From Lingula anatina (lineage: Eukaryota > Animalia > Brachiopoda): DNA of 64,000 bases. The notes under the pieces are model-generated. The model was not told the DNA's origin. It saw only the letters and a program-made list of their open reading frames with translations, and searched no databases. The stretch lies in the NCBI GenBank assembly GCA_051362555.1, contig CM120641.1, positions 15,934,001-15,998,000 on the forward strand, written 5' to 3'. The position numbers were made by a program, and so were the translations under genes. Below, piece after piece: positions 25,401 to 38,200 of the stretch (positions within the stretch are counted from its first letter, which is position 1; the number at the start of each line of letters is the position of its first letter).

Positions 25401-28400
25401 CTTCAATAGAGACTATGGACCTATCTCTGCCAGTTTTGGAGATAAAAGGGAATCAAAATTTGCAAAGTTCAGTTCATGGTGAAAAGTAGGTCAAAAGTCA
25501 ATTTTAAGGTCACATGTAGATTGCCAGTATATGACTTCCTATTCAAGTTCAACAGAGACTATGGACCTATCTCTGCCAGTTTTGGAGATAAAAGGGAAGC
25601 AAAATTTGCAAAGTTCAGTTCATGGTGAAAAGTAGGTCAAAGGTCAATTTTAAGGTCACATTTAGATTGCCAGTATATGACTTCCTATTCAACTTCAATA
25701 GAAACTATGGACCTATCTCTGCCAGTTTTGGAGATATAAGGGACTAAATGGTATAATTTTGGAGTTACCATAATGTGCCATAAATTTCCTACAGAAAAAA
25801 ATTAATTAAATTAAAGAAAAGGTCATTTTGGTCAAAATTCTTGAAATGGCAGGTGCTCTGAAGTTCCAGATGTTCAAATTTGATGAAATAATGTCATTTT
25901 TGACCAAAAGTTGTCTGCTTTGCCAAGCCTTATGTTTTATTTTTCCGGAGTTCAAAATTTAATATCCATTACCATACTGCACATTTTGCTTTCACCACCA
26001 ATATGTACTTTTTGATACAGCGTAACTTTGGAGATAAAAGGGAAACAAAATTTGCAAAGTTCAGTTCATGGTGAAAAGTAGGTCAAAGGTCAATTTAAGG
26101 TCACATGTAGATTGCCAGTATATGACTTCCTATTCAAGTTCAATAGAGACTATGGACCTATCTCTGCCAGTTTTGGAGATAAAAGGGAAGCAAAATTTGC
26201 AAAGTTCAGTTCATGGTGAAAAGTAGGTCAAAGGTCAATTTTAAGGTCACATGTAGATTGCCAGTATATGACTTCCTATTCAAGTTCAATAGAAACTATG
26301 GACCTATCTCTGCCAGTTTTGGAGATAAAAGGGAAGCAAAATTTGCAAAGTTCAGTTCATGGTGAAAAGTAGGTCAAAGGTCAATTTTAAGGTCACATGT
26401 ACATTGCCAGTATATGACTTTTATTCAAGTTCAATAGAAACTATGGACCTATCTCTGCCAGTTTTGGAGATAAAAGGGAAGCAAAATTTGCAAAGTTCAA
26501 ATCATGGTGAAAAGTAGGTCAAAGGTCAATTTCAAGGTCACATGTAGATTACCAGTATATGACTTCCTATTCAAGTTCAATAGAGACTATGGACCTATCT
26601 CTGCCAGTTTTGGAGATAAAGGGGAAGCAAAATATGCAAAGTTCAGTTCATGGTGAAAAGTAGGTCAAAGGTCAATTTTAAGGTCACTTTTAGATTGCCA
26701 GTATATGACTTCCTATTCAACTTCAATAGTAACTATGGACCTATCTCTGCCAGTTTTGGAGATAAAAGGGAAGCAAAATTTGCAAAGTTCAGTTCATGGT
26801 GAAAAATAGGTCAAAGGTCATTTTTAAGGTCACATTTAGATTGCCAGTATATGACTTCCTATTCAACTTCAATAGTAACTATGGACCTATCTCTGCCAGT
26901 TTTGGAGATATAAGGGACAAAATGTTATAATTTTGGAGTTACCATAATGTGCCATAAATTTCCTACAGAAAAAATTAATTAAAATAAAGAAAAGGTCATT
27001 TTGGTCAAAATTCTTGAAATGGAAGGTGCTCTGAAGTTCCAGAAGTTCAAATTTGATGAAATAATGTCATTTTTGACCACAAGTTGTCTGCTTTGCCAAG
27101 CCTTATGTTTTATTTTTCCAGAGTTCAAAATTTATTATCCATTACCGTACTGCACATTTTGCTTTCACCACCAATATGTACTTTTTGATACAGCGTTACT
27201 CGAAAACCGTATGGAATACAAAAAAACGGAGACCACCTCCAGTGTTGGGCTTTACATGCTCTACAAAATGCAAAAAAGAATGGGTGTCTAGCATTAACGG
27301 TTCCCGAATTAGAGACAGTTTTCAGTTTCGATATCTTATGGCCGCTACTCCCGTGAAAATGCACCGATTGACCCCAAATTCACGGAGATGAAAGATGACC
27401 CGAAGGGTAACACTTTCCATTAATATTATTAGTTAAGTCTGTGTGGTGTCTGAATAAGACCGCAAATAATTTTTTTTTCGGCAAAAATTTTGTTTTTTTG
27501 AAAATTTTGGCCCGTTTGACCTTGAAATAAAGGTCAAAGGTCAAATCCAAGGGCATATTTGAAATCTATACATATGACTTTTGGAAAGCTGTCTGTAGAA
27601 ATTTTTCCCATAATTCCTTCCGTAGGGGAGATAATTAGCATTTAATTTTGCCATTTTTGGACAAGGGTGCATTGCAATGAGTGCCACACCTAGACCCCAA
27701 TACCGACAAAGCCCAAATTTTACGTGGAACGAGTTGAGATTATAGGTGACCTAAATCCAAGAGATGGGTATGGAGGCCCTTACCGTCTAGGAGGAGAAGC
27801 GGTAACGGTGACTTGGCGGCGGAGCCGCAGGAGCCGGCGGAGCCGCAGGAGCCGCAGGAGCCGGCGGAACATACGGGTCGGGACTAAAACCATGTGTACC
27901 GCCAGCGCCTACGCTGGTGGTACAATAAAACATAAGGCTTGGCAAAGCAGACAACTTGTGTTCAAAAATGACATTATTTCATCAAATTTGAACTTCTGAA
28001 ACTTCAGAGCACCTCCTATTTCAAGAATTTTGACCAAAATGACATTTTCTTTATTTTAATTAATTTTTTCTGTACGAAATTTAAGGCACATTATGGTAAC
28101 TCCAAAATTATAACATCTAGTCCCTTATATCTCCAAAACTGGCAGAGATAGGTCCATAGTTACTATCGAAGTTGAATAGGAAGTCATATACTGGCAATCT
28201 TACCATGACCTTGAAATTGACCTTTGACCTACTTTTCACCATGAACTGAACTTTGCAAATTTTTCTTCCCTTTTATCTCCAAAACTGGCAGAGATAGGTC
28301 CATAGTTACTATTGAACTTGAAAAGGAAGTCATATACTGGCAATCTAAATGTGACCTTAAAATTGACCTTTGACCTACTTAACACCATGAACTGAATTTT

Positions 28401-31400
28401 GCAAATTTTGCTTTCCTTTTATCTCCAAAACTGGCAGAGATAGGTCCGTAGTTACTATTGAACTTGAATAGGAAGTCATATACTGGCAATCTAAATGTGA
28501 CCTTAAAATTGACCTTTGACCTACTTTTCACCATGAACTGAACTTTGCAAATTTTTCTTCCCTTTTATCTCCAAAACTGGCAGAGATAGGTCCATAGTTA
28601 CTATTGAAGTTGAATAGGAAGTCATATACTGGCAATCTAAATGTGACCTTAAAATTGACCTTTGACCTACTTTACACCATGAACTGAATTTTGCAAATTT
28701 TGCTTTCCTTTTATCTCCAAAACTGGCAGAGATAGGTCCGTAGTTACTATTGAACTTGAATAGGAAGTCATATACTGGCAATCTATATGTGACATTAAAA
28801 TTGACCTTTGACCTACTTTTCACCATGGACTGAATTTTGCAAATTTTGCTTTCCTTTTATCTCCAAAACTGGCAGAGATAGGTCCGTAGTTACTATTGAA
28901 CTTGAATAGGAAGTCATATACTGGCAATCTAAATGTGACCTTAAAATTGACCTTTGACCTACTTTTCACCATAAACTGAACTTTGCAAAATTTGCTTCCC
29001 TTTTATCTCCAAAACTGGCAGAGATAGGTCCATAGTTACTATTGAACTTGAATAGGAAGTCATATACTGGCAATCTAAATGTGACCTTAAAATTGACTTT
29101 TGACCTACTTTTCACCATGAACTGAACTTTGCAAATTTTTCCTCCCTTTTATCTCCAAAACTGGCAGAGATATGTCCATAGTTACTATTGAAGTTGAATA
29201 GGAAGTCATATACTGGCAATCTAAATGTGACCTTAAAATTGACCTTTGACCTACTTTACACCATGAACTGAATTTTGCAAATTTTGCTTTCCTTTTATCT
29301 CCAAAACTGGCTGAGATAGGTCCGTAGTTACTATTGAACTTGAATAGGAAGTCATATACTGGCAATCTAAATGTGACCTTAAAATTGACCTTTGACCTAC
29401 TTTTCACCATGAACTGAACTTTGCAAACTTTTCTTCCCTTTAATCTCCAAAACTGGCAGAGATAGGTCCATAGTTACTATTGAACTTGAAAAGGAAGTCA
29501 TATACTGGCAATCTAAATGTGACCTTTAAATTGACCTTTGACCTACTTTACACCATGAACTGAATTTTGCAAATTTTGCTTCCCTTTTATCTCCAAAACT
29601 GGCAGAGATAGGTCCGTAGTTACTATTGAACTTGAATAGGAAGTCATATACTGGCAATCTAAATGTGACCTTAAAATTGACCTTTGACCTACTTTACACC
29701 ATGAACTGAATTTTGCAAATTTTGCTTTCCTTTTATCTCCAAAACTGGCTGAGATAGGTCCGTAGTTACTATTGAACTTGAATAGGAAGTCATATACTGG
29801 CAATATAAATGTGACATTAAAATTGACCTTTGTCCTACTTTTCACCATAAACTGAACTTTGCAAATTTTGCTTCCCTTTTATCTCCAAAACTGGCAGAGA
29901 TAGGTCCATAGTTACTATTGAACTTGAATAGAAAGTCATATACTGGCAATCTAAATGTGACCTTGAAATTGACCTTTGACCTACTTTTCACCATGAACTG
30001 AATTTTGCAAATTTTGCTTCCCTTTTATCTCCAAAACTGGCTGAGATAGGTCCATAGTTACTATTGAAGTTGAATAGGAAGTCCTATACTGGCAATCTAA
30101 GTGTGACCTTGAAAATGACCTTTGACCTACTTATTATCATGAACTGAACTCTGCTAATTTCTTTCTCTTTTAACTTCAAACTTGACAGAGATAGGTCCAT
30201 AGTTACTCTTGAACTTGAATAGGAAGTCATATACTGGCAATTTACTGTGACCTTGAAATTGACCCTTGACCTACCTTACGAAGAACTTAAATTTGATTGT
30301 ACCATATATATTTTTTGCAATAGTTTAAAAATTCTTGTTGATTGCATTTTTACAGCTTGTCAAGCACAAAACTGGTGGCTGTGTCCCTTATTTTGTGTAT
30401 GTGGGGGTCTATACGAATGCGCTTGCTCCAGCTGGTGGTACAATATTTGGAGGCGGTATCGCCTCTCTGATCCTCTAGTTTCTGTTGGGGTAATGATTTA
30501 ACTGAGATGTTTAAATGAAATGAAAGTACCCCTCTTCTCAAACATAAAAAGTTAACTATCATAACTGTAACACATAAGTCATTATGTCGGAACTATGCAC
30601 AGGCATTTTTACACTGGCAAGAATAATAAATTTCTAGTTAGCCATTAAACATAACTTCAAGGTAACAAATTTGTCATTCAATGAAGAAAAACTTTTCTCA
30701 GCAATTCCTTTGTCTGCAAAACCCTACGTCACCATCGATGAGACTGCAGCTGACTGGGTGCAAAAAAAAAAAAAAAGGGCTATCATCCTCATCCATATGC
30801 ACCCTAAAATGACATGTCGATGCCCTGCTTCTGCGAGATTCCCACCAAAAAAATGAAATTCTCATGCTAAACTACCAAAGGTGCAAAAATTCTCGCCTAC
30901 AAACCAAGGGAGGGTGCTATCATAGTTCTTGGGTCATATAAGAATGGTGTCCAAAATTGTTTATCTTAAATAATCATCACCATTAGATGTGTATATTATT
31001 TGGCAAAAGGGCGATTTCAACTTCTTTTTTTGTCCATTCTTTGTATTCAGTTTTATGCTGTGCTGTCTTTGAAAACGGTTTACGCACACAATTCATTCAC
31101 TGCGTGCGCAACTTTTACTAGTAATACTATCAGGGCTTCCTAACCAGTGTGGCCATTGTATCATTTGACGTTGTCTCTGTTCAAGGTCTCCCAACATTAA
31201 ACATCTTATTTACCTCTCAGTCTGTTGACTTGCCATTGCCCTCTCTGTTATAATCCTACTTTTATTCATGCAAATTTTGTGTTGTACTCCCTTCTACTTT
31301 TTATCCCTTTTATGTGCTTAAAAGTTTTTTCTTTGCATCGTCTGCTGCATTGACTTGTTAAATTAGGGCAGTCACGTGGTACGCCTGCTACCTCGGCCTT

Positions 31401-34400
31401 CACCGATTGAAAGTAGGTTGAGCAGTTTCCCTCCACTTTTTTTCCACCCTTTCATTCATAGGCTAGTATCTGAGTCACGTGACACGCAGCATATGTCACA
31501 ATCGTGGGATGTAAATGTGATTTTTTAGTTCTTTATTTCTAAGTAGTGGGCGCGTGTTAGACGTTAAATTTGAAATAGATCTTGTTTATTTGGAGTGTTT
31601 GATGTTGTGAAAGTGCTGTTTTTGTCAATAATTTTCAACTAAAACTGCTTTGTATGTCTGTAAAATTTTGATTGGGAAAGGGTTAAAAGAAATGGTTATT
31701 ACGACGTATTGATTATTGCGGCGATCATTGTGTAATGTGGATGTTCTTTGACTTCATTGTCAGCGTAAAATGATCCGAGATTAATGAAGTGAAACTTAAT
31801 GTTTTTTATTTAAAAATAGCATTTTTCCTGACCTCCCACTATTTCTAAAATCTCCCCAACTTTTTAGGTCAGAGGGGAGATTTTCTCCCCATTTTTTGAG
31901 ACCTTGGCAGAACTCTGAAATTGTGTCATCGGTTTGAAGAAAAAAAAAAAAAACTCTGTTACCACACTGTATCTATCAGTGAACATGGACTCACATTTCT
32001 GTAAATTTCTGTGAGAAGATGATGTGGAAAACTATAATAGTAATTCTTAAACATCAAGTGATAGGGTTTTTGTTCGTTGAATGATAATGCTTATTGTCAT
32101 GTTACTTATGATGTCAAAAGTTGATAAACTTAACTAGAGTGTATCTAGACTTTGTTGTTCTCGCTTTGTTCAGCTTGCTGCTGGGATGGCTGACTGATCA
32201 CTCAACTCGAGAATTTCTGATGTATTACACAGCTATGTTTAAAATCAAGCACTTATTTCCTGTAAATTAAACTTTAAAAAAAGTTTTACTGTTTTGTAAG
32301 TGGTTCAACATTCTGTGGCCTGTTGGCTGAATGCTATATATAACTTTGAACAAATTATGAAATATCAGTTCATTCTACTTGTGCAAGGAAATATTTATAT
32401 TAAATTGTAATGCAATGGTGAATAAAATAAGTGGTTTTTGTCCTATGAAGGCCAAGTTCAATCACAAACATACCTCTAATATTTGACAGATTTCAGGCCG
32501 GAGTAAAACATAATGTTGGTATTAGGTTTTATTTTTACATGAAGTTGAGAGCAGACCAAAGATTTATATGTTAAATTTGGTTTTGTTGTTGTCTTCAGTA
32601 TGTTTTTGTCTGTTGCTATGTGGCATGTAGCTTAGGAACTGAGCATAAAAAAATAAAAGCAAAAGTTGATAAGCCTTATCCAATATTGAATAGGTAACAG
32701 GAGGGAGCAGAACTTTGTTAATAGGCGGCTGAACTATATTTAGACATAGAATTAACTTAAACGGAAGATATGTGGTTATTATTTAATATCCTGTAAAACA
32801 GTAATTTCAAACTCTGAAGGGATTAAAGGAAGTCAACTGTTGTCCCTATCAATGTTTTGATCTCAGCAAATAGTTTCCTCCATATTTTAAATTTTTTGAA
32901 AATTTATTAAGTCATATTATTGCAAAACTGAAGGTAGGAAAATTGAAATATTAAAAGAAAAAGTGTATCGATTCTGTCACTCAGAACCAGATCAGTTCAT
33001 ATATCAGAATAGGGTTCAAGATATTGAAATATACTTACCTCATATCTCTCTTATGAACACTTATAAGGACAAACTTCAAATAACAAAATTGTGTTTATAA
33101 ACATTTTAGTTGTTTAAACCCACACATTCTCTGCTATTCTAGTCTTTTTATAGAGCAATTTGTGTCTGACACTGATGACCTGTTCAAAATACAGGCAATG
33201 TCTGACACTGTCAGGGTGATGACTTGGCCACATTTTTGAAATGGGAAAGATTTCTAGGACTATGAAATAAACATTATACAACCATTATTTTGGTGCAATA
33301 ACTGCTATATTTAGTCAGGGTGGAGCAAGATAGGGTGGATTTAGCTAAACAGAGGCTAGATGGGGTGGATTTAGCCAAGGTGGAGCAAGATGGGGTGGAT
33401 TTAGCTTGGATGGAACAAGATGGGATTAATTGAGCTATAGGGTGGAGCATGAATAGATGAGTTTTCCACAGAATTAGAAATCTATGCTAGCCTGAAGCCA
33501 GTGAGAGCTATTTAGACCTTATCCTAGCCAGGAGTCCGTGCCGTATCTAATAGATTAGGAATCTGTACTAATGAGGCCCTTGTGCCTTACCAGACTAACC
33601 TATTGTACTCTAGAATTAAAATGACTCCTAGAATAAAACAGGTCTTTTGAGGTAATTTTTCCTATTTTGCTTGTGTAGAATTTTTATTTCAGCTCTCTTA
33701 TTTATTTATAATATGATAAGAAGGATAATTTAAGAAGCATCAGAAGTAGTTTAAAATTTTAGTTTCATATCCTTTTTAAATCTCTGTATCAGATTACATG
33801 TATATTTATTGTGATGTCACCTGTTTACTCTAATGTCTTTTTGCCTAGTTCCTGACTGTGTTTTGAGTGTAAAAATAAGATTAATGATGGTGAAGGGGTG
33901 TCTGGAATCAGGCACCTCCTATGTGCCAAGTGTGTGGTCCCCATTACTGTGACTGCCTGCGACATAAACTGCTGAGGCAAAAATACAAATTCTGTTCAGT
34001 GTTTGGGGTTGAGTATTTATTTCTGGGACAAATTGTTGGCAATTAATGTAACTTTTAGGCTGAAAATGTGATTTGTAATGTAAGTATTCTAGTTCAAGGA
34101 TAACACATTTTACGCCATCTCTCCTTAACCCCCTCGTGGTTAGTTGATGACTGTAATGCAGCTCACACAAGATAACAGCATGTTCCTCACTAAACCCTCA
34201 CCTGTCCCAAATCACCACATCAATGTATAGAAACTTGTGTCATTGTAGTCATGCCTGTGAATGAAGGAATGACTGATTGCACTCCTGTATGTGACAAGTT
34301 AAGAAAACAGGAAACCAATAGAAAAGAAATCCGCTGGTGCAGAGCATGGTTGCAATGTAATTTGTGTCTTTGGCCCCTGTGACTGGTTATCAACTCCTCT

Positions 34401-35198
34401 GGAGCAGGTGATTATCTCGGTCTAGGGGGGTTGTCTTGTCTGCACAGGTATGACATCAGAATAGCCCAGGTAGCCTCTTGGGCAAGTGATTTATTTATAA
34501 TTCACTTTAGCCCAGTAGTGGCTTAATTGTTATTGGCAGAAGCCTCATGAGAAACCACTGCTCAGTATGGGCGCATTCTCAACGAATTAAGCCAGGCTTT
34601 ACAAAGCCGGTGACCTAAAAATGGCGGACGTACATGAAAGAAAAACCGCCTAATCTTTTAATAGTCTCTCCGCCTCCCCACACGTCGTCCCTACGGGGTA
34701 CAGTAATTAAATCGCGTCTCCGTTCGCCATGCGGAAGCTACCTGAGAAATATTAAGTGCGCATGCTCATCAGTTAAACTCGTGGTAAAGAAAGCATGGCG
34801 GCTGAAGGCGATCGAAGGAAAAAAGCTCTTCTGTTCTATTATCTTTGAAAAAAGAGACGAAAAAGGAATAATTTGGCCCGTAGAGCAGCAATGAATCGAC
34901 TATCTACGGAGATAATATCACCAGAGATATTCACGGAAATATTAATGTTCGGAGCCGAGATTTAATTACTGTACCCCGCAGGGACGACGTGTGGGGAGGC
35001 GTGTGAGAGGCGGAGAGACTATTAAAAGATTAGGCGGTTTTTCTTTCATGTACGTCCGCCATTTTTAGGTCACCGGCTTTGTAAAGCCTGGCTTAATTCG
35101 TTGAGAATGCGCTCTAAGTCATTTTTCTGACAAAATTAGGTCAACTTAATTTAGTCCAAGTCCAAGCCATCTTAGCTAGCATGCTGTTTGATTTTGAT

Positions 35199-35238
<40 letters not shown>

Positions 35239-38200
35239 TAATAATAATGGTTGTCATCATCATCATCATCATCTCCACATGAAGCCAGCTTTATAGCAAG
35301 CTCACTATTTACATTAATTTCAATGGCATTTGATAGGCCAGTAGAGGGATTAGATTGGCTGGATGAGTCCTAATAGTGAGCAAGTTAAAGTCAATGTGAG
35401 TGGAAAAGAGACATTTAAGGCATTCATTTGTCAAGAAATAGCATAATATTTTCTGAGATGTCCAATTTGTATTAACATCATATAGCTATATAATCTATAA
35501 GGTATTTATCTCTTCTATTTATACAGTGTCCTATAGTTCAGAAGAGGAACCCTGTACATAGGGTTCTGTTTCTGCTCTGGAATGAAAGTACCTCCCGAAT
35601 GACCATAATGATGTTGATAGGGAAAATTAATTGTGGCTCAGTTGAAGCCTATCCAAGTCTGATTTAAGAAAAGGGTAACAGTGGAATTTGGGTGTGTATG
35701 ATTGAAAAAATATATAGTCAACATTTTAGTAGCTGTAATTATTTGGTTATTTGCATAGATTTAACGTAAAAAAAGTTAAATTGCAAGTTCAATATTTTTT
35801 TGGTCACACTAACTATATATGCCTGTTGGGGGTAACTTTGTGTAGAAATAGGATAGGCATTAAAACAGCAGTCTAAAAAAATGGACAATGAGTCACCAAC
35901 AAATTTTTCTTTTTTTTTTCTTTTTTCTTCACAGTAAACCAAATAGGTTGCAGTTTGGGATATCATGTTTCTAACCCAGTTCTTATGAGATGTCAGTGAA
36001 AGAAACCCAGGGATTCAGTAGCTCATAATTCTGCCCTGTCATTATAGCCCATTTCTTTCTCACCTGTACACATATTGAATAGATTTTTTTTGGAAAAAAA
36101 TCTTTTGTTTGGCTTAAGCTTATAATAGCAGGTCTGCAGCTTCTTTCATGTGAAGCCAGCAATGTGATATTGTGCACACTGAATGACCAAAGATTCTGCT
36201 GAAAAGTGGCTGTTCCTCCTGTGGGCAGCCTCCCTCTGCACTTTAGATGCGTTATTGAGGCATGGTATGTGAGACAGAGTACTTGAGTCCACTAAAGTCA
36301 TTGTGCTCAGTTGTATGGTATCTTAACAACTACTATGCACGTAATCTCCTGTAAGATATTTGCTCAGCCTTAACCACTATATGCACCAGTAGTATGAAAC
36401 AACTGAGATCTAATGGTCATTTGTATATGTTATATCAAAAACTAAATACATGGATGAAAAGTCTAGATTCTAGGGGTTACAATTGAAGGATGACAAATCA
36501 GGAGGGTTATGAAAACCCTAGGGGTGGACAGGGTCACATTTCTCAAACACCTGCAGGGGGGATGTAGTTGACAAGGTATTCTAAAGTTTTCAAACATCTT
36601 GCTGAAGGTGCAGTAGTGTGCCTGTTTTTTCTGGCTTTGGAAATATCAACAGGTGCTTGCTTGTTTATCCATTGAGGTGGAAAAGGTTTGTGAAATGAGA
36701 ACATGGAGAGGGTTTGTAAAGGACTGAAAATACAGGAGTATCTTGTGACCACCACATAGAAATCTGGGCGTCATTGCAGCAGGCCAAATAAATACATACC
36801 ACAGCAGATTCATGAATTTATTGATATGCGGTGTATTACTTTCATCTTATATGGCTGTTGTTGTATTAAGATGCCAAGCCTACTTTCTCAGTGTTGAATA
36901 TCAGTTTTAGATAACATTTGAAGTGTGTCATTTTGAAAAAGTGGTCTTAAATGAAAATAACAAGGACACATTTTATTAGGATTAAAGTCCGTTATTTTTA
37001 AGATATTGAAAATCATTGTAAGGAAGTATATGATGCAAAGGAAAAAAGTGATTATGTTTGCCATCCTCGCTGATTACTATATTACCTGACTACATGGCAG
37101 GGGAAATTTGATGTTATGTAGAGTTCCTGCCATAAGTGGAAAAAAATGATAAATAGCTTTTTAAAAGCCTGACATTTTTCTTTATCTAAGAACACTGCAT
37201 ATCCCGTCTTTATAACTATGGGCAACTCCTGATTCAAGTGGAAAGAATGGCAAAAAATGCTTTTTTTTGAAAGGCTGGAACCTTTCTTTGCAAAATATTG
37301 TCACCATATCCTGTGTGATTAGACTAGGAGACTGCCACAAGAATGTCCCGCTTCAACATTTGTTGTATGTTTGCCATAACAACCTTTCTTTTTTTGTTCC
37401 TTTCTGTGGGTTATGTGTAGTCATTCATATCTGTACAGCTCGTATTACTTGGTCATGTTCTCACAGTGTCAGTAATGGCAAGGACAATTATATTAGAGTG
37501 TGGTGTCACTGCCAGGGCTCATCCATGCATTCAACCAGTACAAGAAAGATCTTGACCTACACCTTTTGACCCTGTTCTACTCACCATATTGGGTTACTTT
37601 CTCCATCCAAGGGGCTATCTTTGGCCCTTGCTAATATTTGTGAGAAGTTGGCATGCAAGTTGGCAAACACCATGTGTCTTTTTTTTTACCCAAGGATTTA
37701 TTAATACATCTAAGTACAAAAAAGGGTTAAAGCAAAGTTTTGATATTTGATAAGAAAAGAAGCCTACACCCAAGATTGGGGGTTAGCTGTATACATCCAA
37801 GGTTCTTAATGATGAAGGTCCACTATGCTGAATGCACAGGGTTCCGTGTTCTGAAGGGTTCATTAGACAAAGTATTCTGAATAATCATATTGATGCCATA
37901 GCTGCATAAGTCATGTAATCGGGTTGAGCACTGACTTCCATGCCAGTGAAACATATTTAAGGTGGCTTTTGCATGTATTTGCACTTTTTTGCGATCTTTG
38001 AAGGTTTCGCAAATTAGTAATTCCTTATGATAACCACTAAGAGTTAAACTTTATAGTGCAATATAATATGTTACTTATCCTCCTATTAAAACTTTGTTAC
38101 AATTATTCTCGAAATGCAATGAGAGTACCAACTGCACATTGCTTTTTGCAAAGAACGCTTTGACTTTATGACATAAGTACCCACTGGTGATTTGTTTACT

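Larger units (their letters stand above)
23200..30480 (+). mobile_element. Helentron/HINE-like element, copy 3 (host), full length, split by copy 4; ~15 monomers at 28125-30270
   Basis: Starts ttgtaccaccagcgttagcgctggcggtac, ends gctggtggtacaatatttggaggcggtatcgcctctctgatcctctagtt. The two halves rejoin as gaactctggaaaaa|taaaacataaggc, identical to the uninterrupted sequence in copy 4 (~27100-27127, reverse complement). Confidence 0.88.

Noticed and set aside
27724-27999. Protamine/SR-like RRSRRSRRS ORF
   Set aside because: Translation of the element's 9-bp GC microsatellite; differs in other copies.
28521-29848. Repeated 101-aa ORFs (MVKSRSKVNF...) and similar ORFs at 2183, 24211, 62869
   Set aside because: By-products of the 146-bp tandem repeat; the period is not a multiple of 3 and frames break between monomers.
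24150-30270. CRISPR-like array
   Set aside because: Monomers repeat in full with no unique spacers, no cas genes, eukaryotic intron context.
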